A DNA stretch of 64,000 nucleotides from Candidatus Poribacteria bacterium (GCA_963663765.2 CAXXUA010000015.1:480001-544000); one strand, 5' to 3'. Shown: positions 16,730 to 27,247, numbered from the stretch's first letter. Made by a program: numbers and translations. Notes: a model not told the origin generated them from the sequence alone.

Positions 16730-19274
16730 AATCCCAGATAAGACAAAACACAAAACATATCAAATGAACCACTCTTTGCTCTCTCGTATCGGTGCATTAA
16801 TCTTGTTCGTCGCAATTATATTTATAACGTTTTGGATCCGTATACAGGGCGTAGAACGTATTCCAGATGGACAATTCACTGCAAATGATGCCTATCTCTA
16901 CTATTGGAACGCACAAAGAATCGCTGAACTCGGACATCTCCCTGCTATTGACGAACACCGTTGGCTGCCTCAAGGGAGAGACGTAAGTCAAACGCTTGCT
17001 TTTTACTCGTACATCTTGGTTTACGCGCACAAAATTATAGAACCTTTCTTTTACAAAGTGTCCCTCTATGATGTCCAACTTTATGCCCCTGCAGTCTGTT
17101 TTACGCTTGGACTCGGTATCTTAGCACTATTTCTCATCCGCACAGTCGGTTTTCTCTTTGCTTTTATTGTTACCGTGCTACTAGCAACGTTACCGGGTTG
17201 TGTGGATAGAAGTGCCGCTGGCTTTAGTGATAGAGATGCATGGTGTTGGTTATTAGGTACCCTTGCTGTTGTCTCTTATCTCTGGAAAGAAACGATACCT
17301 CTAAATCCCCCTGATAAGGGGGACAAAGGAGGTTCCACTCCTGATAAGGACAAAGACGATGTTATCCCTGTCAATGGAGACAAGGGTGATTCTATTTCTA
17401 TCACGTGGAGAAGATTGATCGGTAATTGGCGTAGGTACATTGCTACTGCCCTGTGCGGGTTTATCGTTTTCTTAGGCGGTCTTTCATGGGAAGGGTTCGG
17501 CGTATTTCTCTTAGTCATTCTCTTGACTGAGCTTTGGAAGTTCTGCACTACCGACACAGAAAAGGGTTTGCTTGAGTATGCAATATGGGTGGCAATGTTC
17601 GTACCATGGCTCTATCTCGCTTCACCTGTATATCAGCGCGGGCAGTTTTTCGCTGCACATCTTACTGCCCTTGTGTTGGTGCCACCGCTTGTTGTTCTCA
17701 GCCTCCGAGGAACGCGATATCTCCTGCTTCACTTCTTTAGACCGATCCGACCCCATGCAAGAAAACTCGCGGGACTTCTTACACTTCTGGCAATTGCTAT
17801 TGGTGGATTTTACGTTTTTTTCCAAGTTGATACATTTGCAAGTACTGCGCTCCCGTTTAGTGAAAACCGACTGATGCAACAGACAACCGAACTATACAAC
17901 CCAAGTTTTAGCTATTGGGTGTCACGATATGGTGGCGTGTTTGTTCTGGGCAGTATCGGATTAGTCGGTACATGCTTCCATTTGTGGAAATGGGAAGGTC
18001 TCCTTTTGGCTACTGCACTTTCCATGTTTTCATCCACTACTTTCCTGCAAATTCCACTAACAGGTTTAATAGGTGTTACTCTATGTGATGCGTTGTTCTT
18101 TGCTTCGTTAGGTCTTGCGGTCATCGGTATCGGTTTTGCGTGCATCCGAAAAGTAACTACCCAAAACGAATATGCCTTTATCGGAACCATCGTATGGTTT
18201 CTGTTATGGGTCGGTTTATCAAGGGACGCGTTACGTTACGACTTCTTTATCGGAGTTCCATTAGCAATCGGTACCGCAGTTATTCTGGTCCGTTCGATCA
18301 CGTCTAGAAAACTTATTCTCATCAGCAATAAGCCCATTCATCCTAAACTCATAACAGTCGCGTTTGCAATTGGCATGTTGGTTCTGCTTCTGTTTTTGCC
18401 ACCCGCCGGTGGCTTTGCAAAGAGTACAATCCCAGCTGCCAGTACACGTCCCTTGGTACCTGGGAGGGGGAGTTTGCCGCAGGCATATACATGGATGAAG
18501 AACAAACTGCCCGAAGATACAACGGTGATCGCAGCAAACTGGGGATACGGCAGTCAACTCAACGTTTTCGGTGGTGTAAAAACCATCGTTGACCAGGACC
18601 ATTTTATCCAACACTGGATATATCTTTACTATCGGCACGTTTATTGCGCGCAATCTGAACAAGAAGCTTTAGAATTCCTCAAAACACACAATGCAACCCA
18701 TCTGATGTTAATCGCCAGTGACCTAATACCGGGGGCAAGGAAGGTTTCCTTTGTCGGTAGTGATGAAGACTTTGATAGACACTTTGATCTGCATGAGTTA
18801 GCGTTGCTGCCTACTACCCTTGGAACACAGTATACTCTTGCACCAAGAAGACATCAAGAGCGTTTCATACCACCGACAACCTTAACTTCTATTGATATAG
18901 TTGGGACAGATGCTGAGAATTTGTCTGTGACTGCCCGTTTCAAAGATGATGAAACAATCCAACTTCCTTATATTGCTTATGTTGGAAGTCAACAGGTTAT
19001 CCCACAGCAAACAGTTGATACTGAAAAAGGTGGGGTTGTGCTATTATTTGATTCACACAAAATCCTTCGCAATAGTTTTTTTATCAACGATATTGGTTGG
19101 AACAGTCTCGCTGTCAAGTTATTTATACGCGGTGAACACTCTGATGCTTTTGAAAACGTGCATACAATCACCCCACAAGGTATAGATGTCCCACCTGAAA
19201 TCAAAATATGGAAAATCAATTATCCACCAGACATCAAAAAGAAGCAGAAATACCTTGAAACAAATTTCCAATAA
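16710..19274 (+). CDS. STT3/PglB/AglB-like oligosaccharyltransferase, paralog of 8659..11124
   Basis: FTANDAY, DRSAAGFSDRD, QTTEL, DALRY, AANWGYGSQL; likely start at ATG 16764. Confidence 0.8.
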   Translation: MNNRNVKIPDKTKHKTYQMNHSLLSRIGALILFVAIIFITFWIRIQGVERIPDGQFTANDAYLYYWNAQRIAELGHLPAIDEHRWLPQGRDVSQTLAFYSYILVYAHKIIEPFFYKVSLYDVQLYAPAVCFTLGLGILALFLIRTVGFLFAFIVTVLLATLPGCVDRSAAGFSDRDAWCWLLGTLAVVSYLWKETIPLNPPDKGDKGGSTPDKDKDDVIPVNGDKGDSISITWRRLIGNWRRYIATALCGFIVFLGGLSWEGFGVFLLVILLTELWKFCTTDTEKGLLEYAIWVAMFVPWLYLASPVYQRGQFFAAHLTALVLVPPLVVLSLRGTRYLLLHFFRPIRPHARKLAGLLTLLAIAIGGFYVFFQVDTFASTALPFSENRLMQQTTELYNPSFSYWVSRYGGVFVLGSIGLVGTCFHLWKWEGLLLATALSMFSSTTFLQIPLTGLIGVTLCDALFFASLGLAVIGIGFACIRKVTTQNEYAFIGTIVWFLLWVGLSRDALRYDFFIGVPLAIGTAVILVRSITSRKLILISNKPIHPKLITVAFAIGMLVLLLFLPPAGGFAKSTIPAASTRPLVPGRGSLPQAYTWMKNKLPEDTTVIAANWGYGSQLNVFGGVKTIVDQDHFIQHWIYLYYRHVYCAQSEQEALEFLKTHNATHLMLIASDLIPGARKVSFVGSDEDFDRHFDLHELALLPTTLGTQYTLAPRRHQERFIPPTTLTSIDIVGTDAENLSVTARFKDDETIQLPYIAYVGSQQVIPQQTVDTEKGGVVLLFDSHKILRNSFFINDIGWNSLAVKLFIRGEHSDAFENVHTITPQGIDVPPEIKIWKINYPPDIKKKQKYLETNFQ

Positions 19275-19421
19275 GATAAACAGGCATGACAGTTAATATT
19301 ATCATTTTTATCTACTCTTATTACCCCTACAAAGCGCACCTACCATTTAGTGCGTAAGTCCTGATTAGAAAAAAAGGAGAATCTGAGTCCATCTGAACGT
19401 TAGGTAAATAGGGGCAGACAT

Positions 19422-22328
19422 TCATCTAACAGAACGTATGGTAGCGGTCCTGGCTTCTGAAGGGTTTTCTTCAAGCGATGTGTGAAATATTCCGCGTTCT
19501 TCGGTACCGATGTAAAGTTTATCTTGGCTGGCAGAAAGAGATATAACCTTATTAGGAATATTACTTAAGATTTGTTCCCAACTACCGCGAGGATCTAAAC
19601 TGTAAACACCCGTACCGCCAATACCATAAAATTTTGATCCGTTCATAGCAAATTTATCTATGACCACAGATGTTCCGTTATGATCCGTTATGATACGCCA
19701 ATGTTCCCCAGTTTGTGAAATCATCGCACCTTTATCAGTTGCAACACAGACCGTCGCCCCTAAAAATGTAATATCCTTAATTTGGGAATAATTTGATGGA
19801 ATATTTGGTGTAATGTCTCGCCAACTTTTTCCACCATCAATGGATTGGTATAACTTACCATCCCGTTTACCTACGTAGACAACTTCCACTGAGACTGCTA
19901 ATTTAAATCCTCTGTCCAAACCTTTATTAATAAATTTGTTCATATCTGTTAATCCCGTGTCTATCACTTCTGTGTTACCGAGTGTCCATTTGAAAAGTCG
20001 CCGCATGTATTCTATGTAGAAAGTTTCACCGCTCACAGCGATTGCTCCTAATTTCTGTTTTCTTTCAGTATTTGATAAATTTATGTTGTTCAAATCCTCA
20101 CTGTTTGTCCACAGTGTTGGGTCATAAATTCTATGAACCATTGAGAACACACCATCGTTAGTTCGTAAACGAAAAATGCGTAGTTCCTTTACTTGAGGTA
20201 TAATTCCGTAAAGAACGTTGTTGGCAATTATCAACTTTGAGTCAGTAAAATGATTATCAAGTTGATCTCCGATACTTGTTAGTTCTGGCGTAAACTCGCC
20301 ATAATCAATGCGAACTTCTTCCCACGAGTTTCCATTATCAGCAGATTTGTAAAATCCTGTTCCGGTATATACATAGAGCTTGTTATCAAAAACAACTATA
20401 TCTCGTACTTTGGTTTTCACCATACCATTTGTAAATGGATGCCATGAGTCACCACCATCAGTTGTGCGGAGAATACCTGAAGTACCCACCTTGTAAAAAG
20501 TATTATCGTTTACTGCTAAGACTGTAGAATAAGTTGATGGAAGTAAGTTTATATTAAGTCCGAGGTTTGTCCAAGTTTGACCGTTATCTTTCGATCTGAA
20601 CGTTGGAATACCTAATACTAAAAGCGTTTTATCAACAGCAGAAATCTTTGTAGGACCCATAAACAACGGTCCTGTGTTAACATCTATATCTTTAGGTGTT
20701 ATTTCGCGCCACGTAGAACCTAAGTCGACTGAATGGTAAATCTTGCGATACTTATTGTTGGGTGAGTTTGATTCCAAATATTCAGGACTAAGAAAATCTG
20801 AACCTGTCACGACATACAGATTGTTGTCAAAAACTGCCATTGAGTGAACAGTATTTTGTGGGTCCACTGACAATCGATCCCACAATCCAGAATTTAAGCG
20901 ATAAAGACCTTGGTTTGTTCCAATAAAAACAGAGTCGCTAATCTTAGCAACTGCAGAAATTTTCTTTCCTATCAACCCATTATTCAGAGGTATCCACTTT
21001 TTACCAGCATCAGTTGATCGAAAAACGCCTTCATTTCTCAAAGCAAGGTACATTAAAAAGTTTTCTTGTGTATTACCTCTTATTACTAATCCAACAGCAT
21101 CTCCGTTTGGTCGAGCACAGAATTTATTCCAAGTCTCGCCATCATCCTTTGAAGCCAATATCTCATTCGTATTGACAGAATAGATAACGCCACGATGTTC
21201 AGTTATGGGTGAGCGATAAGTGTTAATAGGTATATTTGTATTGATATTCATCCATGCAGTATTATCTTTCGTTAACCTATAAATACCTGTTCTTGAAACT
21301 GCGTGGATGTTATTATCTGAAGTCGCGAAGATATTAGATAAAGGAGACCCTTCTGGTCCATTTGCTTGTGTCCACTGAACAGCTGATGAATTAAGCGTGT
21401 TTTCTTGAACATTGGCTGCTAAGTCGGCATCAGAAGCAATTGTACCAGCCCCTTCATTTTTAATGTTGGTAACACTTCTTCCAATATTGTTTCGTACAGC
21501 TGGGTTCGAAACAATATCAATGTGTATAGGTGATTCCACTATTTCAACAGTCGGTTCAGAGAGGGCGTCAAAATTATACAGCATCTGAAAGTGCGCAATA
21601 TATTGGTTCATTGCTCCAAGTAATAACATAACCAACACAGCAGCTGTACCTAAAGCTGCCCACGGTAGCACAGGTTTTGCTACGGGTGGCGTGGGTTTTA
21701 TATCAGCAATTTTCTGCATGATATTCTCTGTTAGATCAGTAGATAATTGCACACCACCAAGATGTTCGGTGATTAAAAGTTCTCCTTCTGCTTTCAAACG
21801 GTTTCGCGCCCGTCGAATCTTGCTCTTAATTGTGTTCACGGATACACCTAAGGTTTTACCTATATCCTGTGCAGTCATTTCGCCGAGATAATAGAGGGAC
21901 ATTACTGTACGTTCACTCTCTGGTAATTTCTTCAACAACGCTTTGACGATTGTGCTGTTGTTCTCGGCAGCTTCTTTTTCCCGTTGTTCCGATTCATAAT
22001 GGTTATAAAAAGTCTTTTCTATTCCTTCCACTGCAGTATCCTCTATAGATTGTATTGGGGTTTTGTTCCTTTGAAGCCAATTGATACAAAGCCGTGTCGT
22101 GATAACATATATCCATCCATCAAATTGTTTTGGATTTTTAAGTGTAGATAGTTTTTTATATACTTGGATAAAGGTATCTTGGGTAATTTCTTCAGCAATG
22201 TGGTAGTCCCCAATCTTTTTCCAAGCGATCGCGTGAACTTTCTTTTGGTACTTTTGCACTAAAAGACTAAACGCTTCTTCTTCACCATTCAAAATTCTTT
22301 GAATTATTTGAACATTACTTTCTTCCAT
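19422..22328 (-). CDS. ECF sigma factor fused via a TM helix to an extracytoplasmic BNR/Asp-box beta-propeller
   Basis: Sigma region 2 (AEEITQDTFIQVY, FDGWIY), region 4 (LPESERTVMSLYY..IGKTLGVSVNTIKSKI), TM WAALGTAAVLVMLLLG, multiple S.D.G..W boxes. Confidence 0.92.
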   Translation of the reverse strand: MEESNVQIIQRILNGEEEAFSLLVQKYQKKVHAIAWKKIGDYHIAEEITQDTFIQVYKKLSTLKNPKQFDGWIYVITTRLCINWLQRNKTPIQSIEDTAVEGIEKTFYNHYESEQREKEAAENNSTIVKALLKKLPESERTVMSLYYLGEMTAQDIGKTLGVSVNTIKSKIRRARNRLKAEGELLITEHLGGVQLSTDLTENIMQKIADIKPTPPVAKPVLPWAALGTAAVLVMLLLGAMNQYIAHFQMLYNFDALSEPTVEIVESPIHIDIVSNPAVRNNIGRSVTNIKNEGAGTIASDADLAANVQENTLNSSAVQWTQANGPEGSPLSNIFATSDNNIHAVSRTGIYRLTKDNTAWMNINTNIPINTYRSPITEHRGVIYSVNTNEILASKDDGETWNKFCARPNGDAVGLVIRGNTQENFLMYLALRNEGVFRSTDAGKKWIPLNNGLIGKKISAVAKISDSVFIGTNQGLYRLNSGLWDRLSVDPQNTVHSMAVFDNNLYVVTGSDFLSPEYLESNSPNNKYRKIYHSVDLGSTWREITPKDIDVNTGPLFMGPTKISAVDKTLLVLGIPTFRSKDNGQTWTNLGLNINLLPSTYSTVLAVNDNTFYKVGTSGILRTTDGGDSWHPFTNGMVKTKVRDIVVFDNKLYVYTGTGFYKSADNGNSWEEVRIDYGEFTPELTSIGDQLDNHFTDSKLIIANNVLYGIIPQVKELRIFRLRTNDGVFSMVHRIYDPTLWTNSEDLNNINLSNTERKQKLGAIAVSGETFYIEYMRRLFKWTLGNTEVIDTGLTDMNKFINKGLDRGFKLAVSVEVVYVGKRDGKLYQSIDGGKSWRDITPNIPSNYSQIKDITFLGATVCVATDKGAMISQTGEHWRIITDHNGTSVVIDKFAMNGSKFYGIGGTGVYSLDPRGSWEQILSNIPNKVISLSASQDKLYIGTEERGIFHTSLEENPSEARTATIRSVR

Positions 22329-22352
22329 TAAATAACTCCATCGGTTAATCTA

Positions 22353-22508
22353 ATACCAATTCAAATAAATCTTGTCTCATTAAGGAATTCTACTTTTTAC
22401 TGGCAGGGGGTTACTCTCTTCGGTAGGAGCGACCTCACGGTCGCGACCGTGAGGTCACTCCTACCAGATTTCCGCTGCTAATGAGACATTAGCACATGAA
22501 AATGTTAT
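22353..22508. mobile_element. MITE with IS630-type ends in the 5' leader of the sigma gene
   Basis: Same unit as the 50795-51233 repeat; TACCAATTC end resembles the IS630 IR near 43951-43970. Confidence 0.7.
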
Positions 22509-22556
22509 TACACAACAGTTTTATTTAAACAGACTATTATCTACTTTTAATATTAA

Positions 22557-22584
22557 GACACAGTTTTTGGTCAAAAAGGGTGCA
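22557..22584 (-). promoter_or_regulatory. Island motif upstream of the ECF sigma gene (putative autoregulatory promoter)
   Basis: Reverse complement TGCACCCTTTT-TGACCAAAAA-CTGTGTCTTAAT. Confidence 0.72.
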
Positions 22585-22691
22585 AAAAAGAAAAAAAGAT
22601 TATAAAAACATAAAAATAATATTTGTTTGTGGTGGCAAAATAATATAATAAAGCAATTGATACTATCAGTCAAGTTCAAAGGTTCAAAGAA

Positions 22692-22938
22692 CAGGGTTAT
22701 TCAGTTTCATAATTTTTGGATTTTTCCAAAAAGAACCCCGCGGTAGGAGCGACCTCCCGGTCGCGATTTTCTCAGAAAACGACTAAAATGCTAAAAACTA
22801 AATAACCCTGGTTCAAAGGCAGGGTTATTCAGTTTCATAATTTTTGGATTTTTCCAAAAAGAACCCCGCGGTAGGAGCGACCTCCCGGTCGCGATTTTCT
22901 CAGAAAACGACTAAAATGCCAAAAACTAAATAACCCTG
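22692..22938. mobile_element. Two tandem ISAs1-type MITEs
   Basis: CAGGGTTATTCAGTTT...AAACTAAATAACCCTG twice, separated and flanked by GTTCAAAGG-like duplications. Confidence 0.85.
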
Positions 22939-22945
22939 GTTCAAA

Positions 22946-23666
22946 GGGGTGTGTAAAGTTTTTGCACAGAGGTACTAACTTTTGTTCTCTTTAGTCCCGT
23001 AGGGACGCAATGTTTATAGAAAGACGTTATCACATCCCCTCTCTTTAGTTCCGTAGGAACGACATAGAAGGATAAACATATCGTCCCTACCAAATCAACG
23101 CCAAATGCGCCAAATCAACGGTATGAATGCCATTAAGGCATTCCCCGTATGGCATTTGTCGGGACTAAAAAGACGTGGGGATATGTATTTCTATAAACAT
23201 ATCGTCCCTACGGGACTGAAGAATATGGTTAATATTAACAATATTTCTTTATATTGACACCTAATGAAGTTTGAGAATCAAAATCGGCAGTTGAATTCGT
23301 AGGGGTTGGGTTCCCCAACCCGTTTGGTTATTAAGTTTGCGTAGATCGGGCGTGGCAACCACGCCCCATAGGCGTCAATTTAAGGATTTTCACCTCTTGT
23401 GGGAGGGGTTTTCAACCCCGATTTTTTAGTGCATTTCCGCTCAAATTGAGGTTGAAATCCCCTCCCACAAGAAAAATGACAACAATATTTTCTTAAATTG
23501 ACGCCTATGGGGTGTGGCAACCACGCCCCTACGAATATACAACTTGAACGTCAAAACTCATTATGGCTCTGTGTCCCGCAATCTCTCATTTAATCAGTTG
23601 GGGCGGGCACAGAGCCCCGCCCTACAATGAAGAATGAGTAGTTTGTGCAAAAACTTTACACACCCC
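22946..23666. mobile_element. Composite MITE (GGGGTGTGTAAAGTTTTTGCAC IRs) with nested REPs and a nested CATAGGCGTCAATTTAAG MITE (about 23367-23509)
   Basis: Perfect terminal IRs; TTCAAA on both sides; relative at about 55360-56503. Confidence 0.8.
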
Positions 23667-23847
23667 TTCAAAGAAATTGCTTTCATTACACCAGAAGAAT
23701 TCAATTCTCCAACAGTCGTAAAACTATTGGTCCAGTAGAACTTACTAACCCCAGAACTGTCAATTTTGGGATTATTATAGGTTTCAACCGTACTTTACCA
23801 ACATTCATTATGCTGAACACTTAACGATTCTGACAAATTTCACTTTT

Positions 23848-23875
23848 TGCACCCTTTCCACCTTTTCACTGTGTC
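23848..23875 (+). promoter_or_regulatory. Island motif upstream of the peptide operon
   Basis: TGCACCCTTTC-CACCTTTTCA-CTGTGTC; spacer unrelated to other copies but the same length. Confidence 0.72.
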
Positions 23876-24004
23876 ATGAATTATGGAAGCTGATTTACCT
23901 AATGACAAAACGTAAGTTTTGGACATTGTCAATAGGAAACTTCCATAGTATTAGCACAGTCATTAACGGACGAAATGACCGGAAAAGAAAGGAGGTGAAC
24001 CCTA

Positions 24005-24253
24005 ATGTATAAAAGATTACGCAATAAAATTAGCGAATTTATCAACTCTGAAGAAGGAAAAGTAGGAGTCAAAACTTCGTTATCATTTGGTTTGGTAGGC
24101 GGAGGATTACTGCTAATGCAAACAATGTTTCCTCTCGCTGCTAAGGCGGGATATGAGTGTTGGAGTAATGATAATTGTGCAGATGACGAAAAATGTGTTT
24201 TTTTTCAAGATGAGTATACAGGTGAATGGTACTCTGAGTGTGTTGATGTCTAA
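24005..24253 (+). CDS. Small precursor: Flp-pilin-like leader, hydrophobic segment, acidic 4-Cys C-terminal peptide
   Basis: Strong AAGGAGGTG RBS; FINSEEG leader; core GYECWSNDNCADDEKC...EC. Confidence 0.8.
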   Translation: MYKRLRNKISEFINSEEGKVGVKTSLSFGLVGGGLLLMQTMFPLAAKAGYECWSNDNCADDEKCVFFQDEYTGEWYSECVDV

Positions 24254-24272
24254 CACGTGATTAAATCATTTC

Positions 24273-24309
24273 AAATGGTTCCGCTGCTTTGAACAGTGGA
24301 ACCAATTTT
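24273..24309 (+). terminator. Stem-loop/terminator after the peptide gene
   Basis: TGGTTCCGCTG...CAGTGGAACCA stem followed by ATTTT. Confidence 0.6.
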
Positions 24310-24412
24310 ATTGTGTTAAATGAAAGCACGGAATTTGTTTATCAATGTAAAATACACAACGTTCTTAATGATAGGTATGTAATAAATATTCTGGAAACTA
24401 TGGTGAAATTTA

Positions 24413-24638
24413 GAGTTATTTACACATTCCGGATTTGTAGGAGGGAACTCCGATTCCCGATTACGAGTTATTTACACATTCCGGATTTGTAGGAGGGAAC
24501 TCCGATTCCCGATTACGAGTTATTTACACATTCCGGATTTGTAGGAGGGAACTCCGATTCCCGATTACGAGTTATTTACACATTCCGGATTTGTAGGAGG
24601 GAACTCCGATTCCCGATTACGAGTTATTTACTCCTACA
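24413..24638 (+). repeat. 4 x 52-bp tandem REP-like repeat (GTAGGAGGGAACTCCGATTCCCGA core)
   Basis: Identical units at 24413, 24465, 24517, 24569; closes with CTCCTAC. Confidence 0.92.
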
Positions 24639-24692
24639 GGTAGGGTGTACAATTATTTCAATAATTCACCATAAAAGGAGAAACGCTTCAAA

Positions 24693-25694
24693 ATGAAACG
24701 AACATTTGTGTATATTATATTAGGGACTATGTTATTCAACGGCCTATTATTTAGTAACGTACAAGCTGCTGAACATTCTGTTCTTTCCTTTCTTTCTAAC
24801 GAGAAAGGGGATTTTGACATATTCATCATAGATACTGACGGTAGAGTCCGTGAACGGATTGTAACGGATGCGATGAGAAAAAGTTCGCTCACATGTTCTC
24901 CTAAAGGTTATCTTTTTGCTTATTCATCAAATGAAAACGCTAATCTTGATATTTATAAAATGGATATTAGGAATAAAATATCAATACAGTTGACACTGCA
25001 TCCTGAGAGGGATCTATGGCCATCTTGGTCCCCTAATGGACAATGGATTGCCTTTGTCTCTGATCGGGAAGGAACTCAAGATATTTATAGAATGGATGCT
25101 GACGGTTCCAACTTAATAAGATTAACTGACCAAGGACACAACGGGATACCCTCTTGGTCTCCTGATAGTCGGTTGATCGCTTTTGATTCTGATAGGGAAG
25201 AAAATCATTCTATCTATAGCATGAATGCTGATGGTGGACAGTTAAAACAACTGACAGAGGATCTACCACTGGGACCAGGTTGTACGTGGTCACCAGATGG
25301 AAAACAGATTGCCTATGCTGCAGGAGATTTTAGCGCAGAAGGTGTTGATATTTTTACAATTGATGTCAATGAAAAAAATATCACCAAATTAACTAACATG
25401 GGGAGAGGAATCCGATCTGGTAATCCCGTATGGTCACCCGATGGTGACTTGATTGCCTATTCAATTGTGGAGGTCGAAGAGTGGCCAAACCCCGCTAACG
25501 GATTCAGACTTATTTTTGGCGACAGCACAATTTATCTCGTGGATAGCACAGGTAATGGTGATGAAAAACCGCTTAAAGAGACAACGGGTCTTTCCAACGA
25601 TCATGTGCCTGTCTGGATACCAAAAGGTTTTTTCTCAGTTTCACCAGATAAAACTAAACAGATAATCACCTGGGGAAAACTCAAACAACCATAA
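24693..25694 (+). CDS. TolB-like PD40 beta-propeller with WGKLK tail
   Basis: Several PSWSPDG..IAF.SDR repeats; signal peptide; C-terminus IITWGKLKQP. Confidence 0.9.
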   Translation: MKRTFVYIILGTMLFNGLLFSNVQAAEHSVLSFLSNEKGDFDIFIIDTDGRVRERIVTDAMRKSSLTCSPKGYLFAYSSNENANLDIYKMDIRNKISIQLTLHPERDLWPSWSPNGQWIAFVSDREGTQDIYRMDADGSNLIRLTDQGHNGIPSWSPDSRLIAFDSDREENHSIYSMNADGGQLKQLTEDLPLGPGCTWSPDGKQIAYAAGDFSAEGVDIFTIDVNEKNITKLTNMGRGIRSGNPVWSPDGDLIAYSIVEVEEWPNPANGFRLIFGDSTIYLVDSTGNGDEKPLKETTGLSNDHVPVWIPKGFFSVSPDKTKQIITWGKLKQP

Positions 25695-25734
25695 GTATTA
25701 GAAAACCAACCCAACTATAGTTTTAACATAAAAT

Positions 25735-26868
25735 ATGTCTTACTACGAATACTATCTCATTATTCTAACGCTTATTTTTTGTGGATACGCCTGTTACACA
25801 GATATAAAAACACAGAAAATTCGTAATATTTGTTCTTTCGGACTTCTTTATGCTGGAATACTCAGCCAACTTATGGCGTGGTACCTTGGCAAAACAACAC
25901 CGTTTAACATATCCGGGCTGTTTCTTGGAAGTGGAATCGCAGCATTTACTTTTTATTGGTTCGGTATTTTCTCACCAGGGGATTCCAAGCTCTTTTGGGG
26001 TCTCTGTATGATTTTTCCACCGCCACTTTTTGCGCTCTTGAATGGAACAGCAAGTTTTCCACCATTGATACTTGCACTTAATATCATCATTCCTTACACA
26101 ATAGGAGTCCTGGGATATCTACTGTTAAAATTATTTATGGGACACAATAAGTTGGAGTTCCTAAGTAATCTCCTTTTGAAAACCCTTCAAAAAGAGATAC
26201 TTTTACAGCGAATCTTCAACTTATTGCTTTTAATAGGTATAGGTTCTACGATTACTTATATTTCTAAATTGTTTGAATGGGAAATAAATAGACCCTTACA
26301 GATCGGTTTGGTCTTAATGACATTTATGTCAGCACGAAAATTGCTGTCACGTTTGCCCAAAACGCAGATCTATTATGCGGTAATTGGATTCGCTTGTATT
26401 TGGATTTCATTAAAAGCAAGCACATCAATAACAGGAGTTATCTACAGTATTGCTTTTTTCTTATTTTTATATTTTGTCATTTTCGTCATTGCTAAACAAT
26501 TGGTTCTTGGATTAGCAATGACGTTGGAGCGAAATATTGATATAGAAAACCTAAAAATCGGTATGATCCCAGCAGAGCAAATCATTCAGAAAACACTTCA
26601 AGACGGTGTTGCCTGTTATGAAAAACAACAAGCAACATTTTCAAGTGGAATAATGGATAACATTATTATTTCACCCAGTGCTACCGGTCTTAGTAAGGAA
26701 GAGATAGCAGAATTGAAAAAACTGGCAGATCAGGGGGAGTTCATAAAGTATAAAAACAAAATCAAAATCCAACCTGACATTTGCTTTGCACCAGTTATCA
26801 CTGTTGGGGCATTACTAACTATTCTCTGCCAAGGTCCGTTTTATCTCAAATTAGCACAAATATTTTAA
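25735..26868 (+). CDS. Peptidase A24 family (prepilin/preflagellin-type aspartic peptidase) with extended membrane C-terminus
   Basis: Catalytic Asp motifs YTDIKTQKIRN and SPGDSKL; LKIGMIPAE and C-terminal FAPVI resemble FlaK/PibD-like peptidases. Confidence 0.82.
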   Translation: MSYYEYYLIILTLIFCGYACYTDIKTQKIRNICSFGLLYAGILSQLMAWYLGKTTPFNISGLFLGSGIAAFTFYWFGIFSPGDSKLFWGLCMIFPPPLFALLNGTASFPPLILALNIIIPYTIGVLGYLLLKLFMGHNKLEFLSNLLLKTLQKEILLQRIFNLLLLIGIGSTITYISKLFEWEINRPLQIGLVLMTFMSARKLLSRLPKTQIYYAVIGFACIWISLKASTSITGVIYSIAFFLFLYFVIFVIAKQLVLGLAMTLERNIDIENLKIGMIPAEQIIQKTLQDGVACYEKQQATFSSGIMDNIIISPSATGLSKEEIAELKKLADQGEFIKYKNKIKIQPDICFAPVITVGALLTILCQGPFYLKLAQIF

Positions 26869-26914
26869 AGTTATAAAAGGGAGGGGATGGTGGATTATAC
26901 AATTAAATCTACAT

Positions 26915-27203
26915 TCTGAGTTGTAGGAGGGAACTCCGATTCCCGACTATCAAAGTTTTTGGTCGCGATCTGAGTTGTAGGAGGGAACTCCGATTCCCGA
27001 CTATCAAAGTTTTTGGTCGTGATCTGAGTTGTAGGAGGGAACTCCGATTCCCGACTATCAAAGTTTTTGGTCACGATCTGAGTTGTAGGAGGGAACTCCG
27101 ATTCCCGACTATCAAAGTTTTTGGTCGCGATCTGAGTTGTAGGAGGGAACTCCGATTCCCGACTATCAAAGGTTTTGGTCACGATTCAGAGATCGCTCCT
27201 ACA
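26915..27203 (+). repeat. 5 x 57-bp tandem REP-like repeat
   Basis: Unit CTGAGTTGTAGGAGGGAACTCCGATTCCCGACTATCAAAGTTTTTGGTCRYGAT. Confidence 0.92.
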
Positions 27204-27247
27204 ATTAAGATGTCCAATTATTTCCATATTTCACCATAATGTATATT

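Noticed and set aside
24413-24638. Possible CRISPR array (also 26915-27203 and 41326-41845)
   Set aside because: Units are identical or nearly so end to end, with no unique spacers and no cas genes; they are REP-derived tandem repeats
26895-27182. 95-aa ORF with FDSRESEFPPTTQI repeats
   Set aside because: Product of the 57-bp REP repeat (length a multiple of 3)
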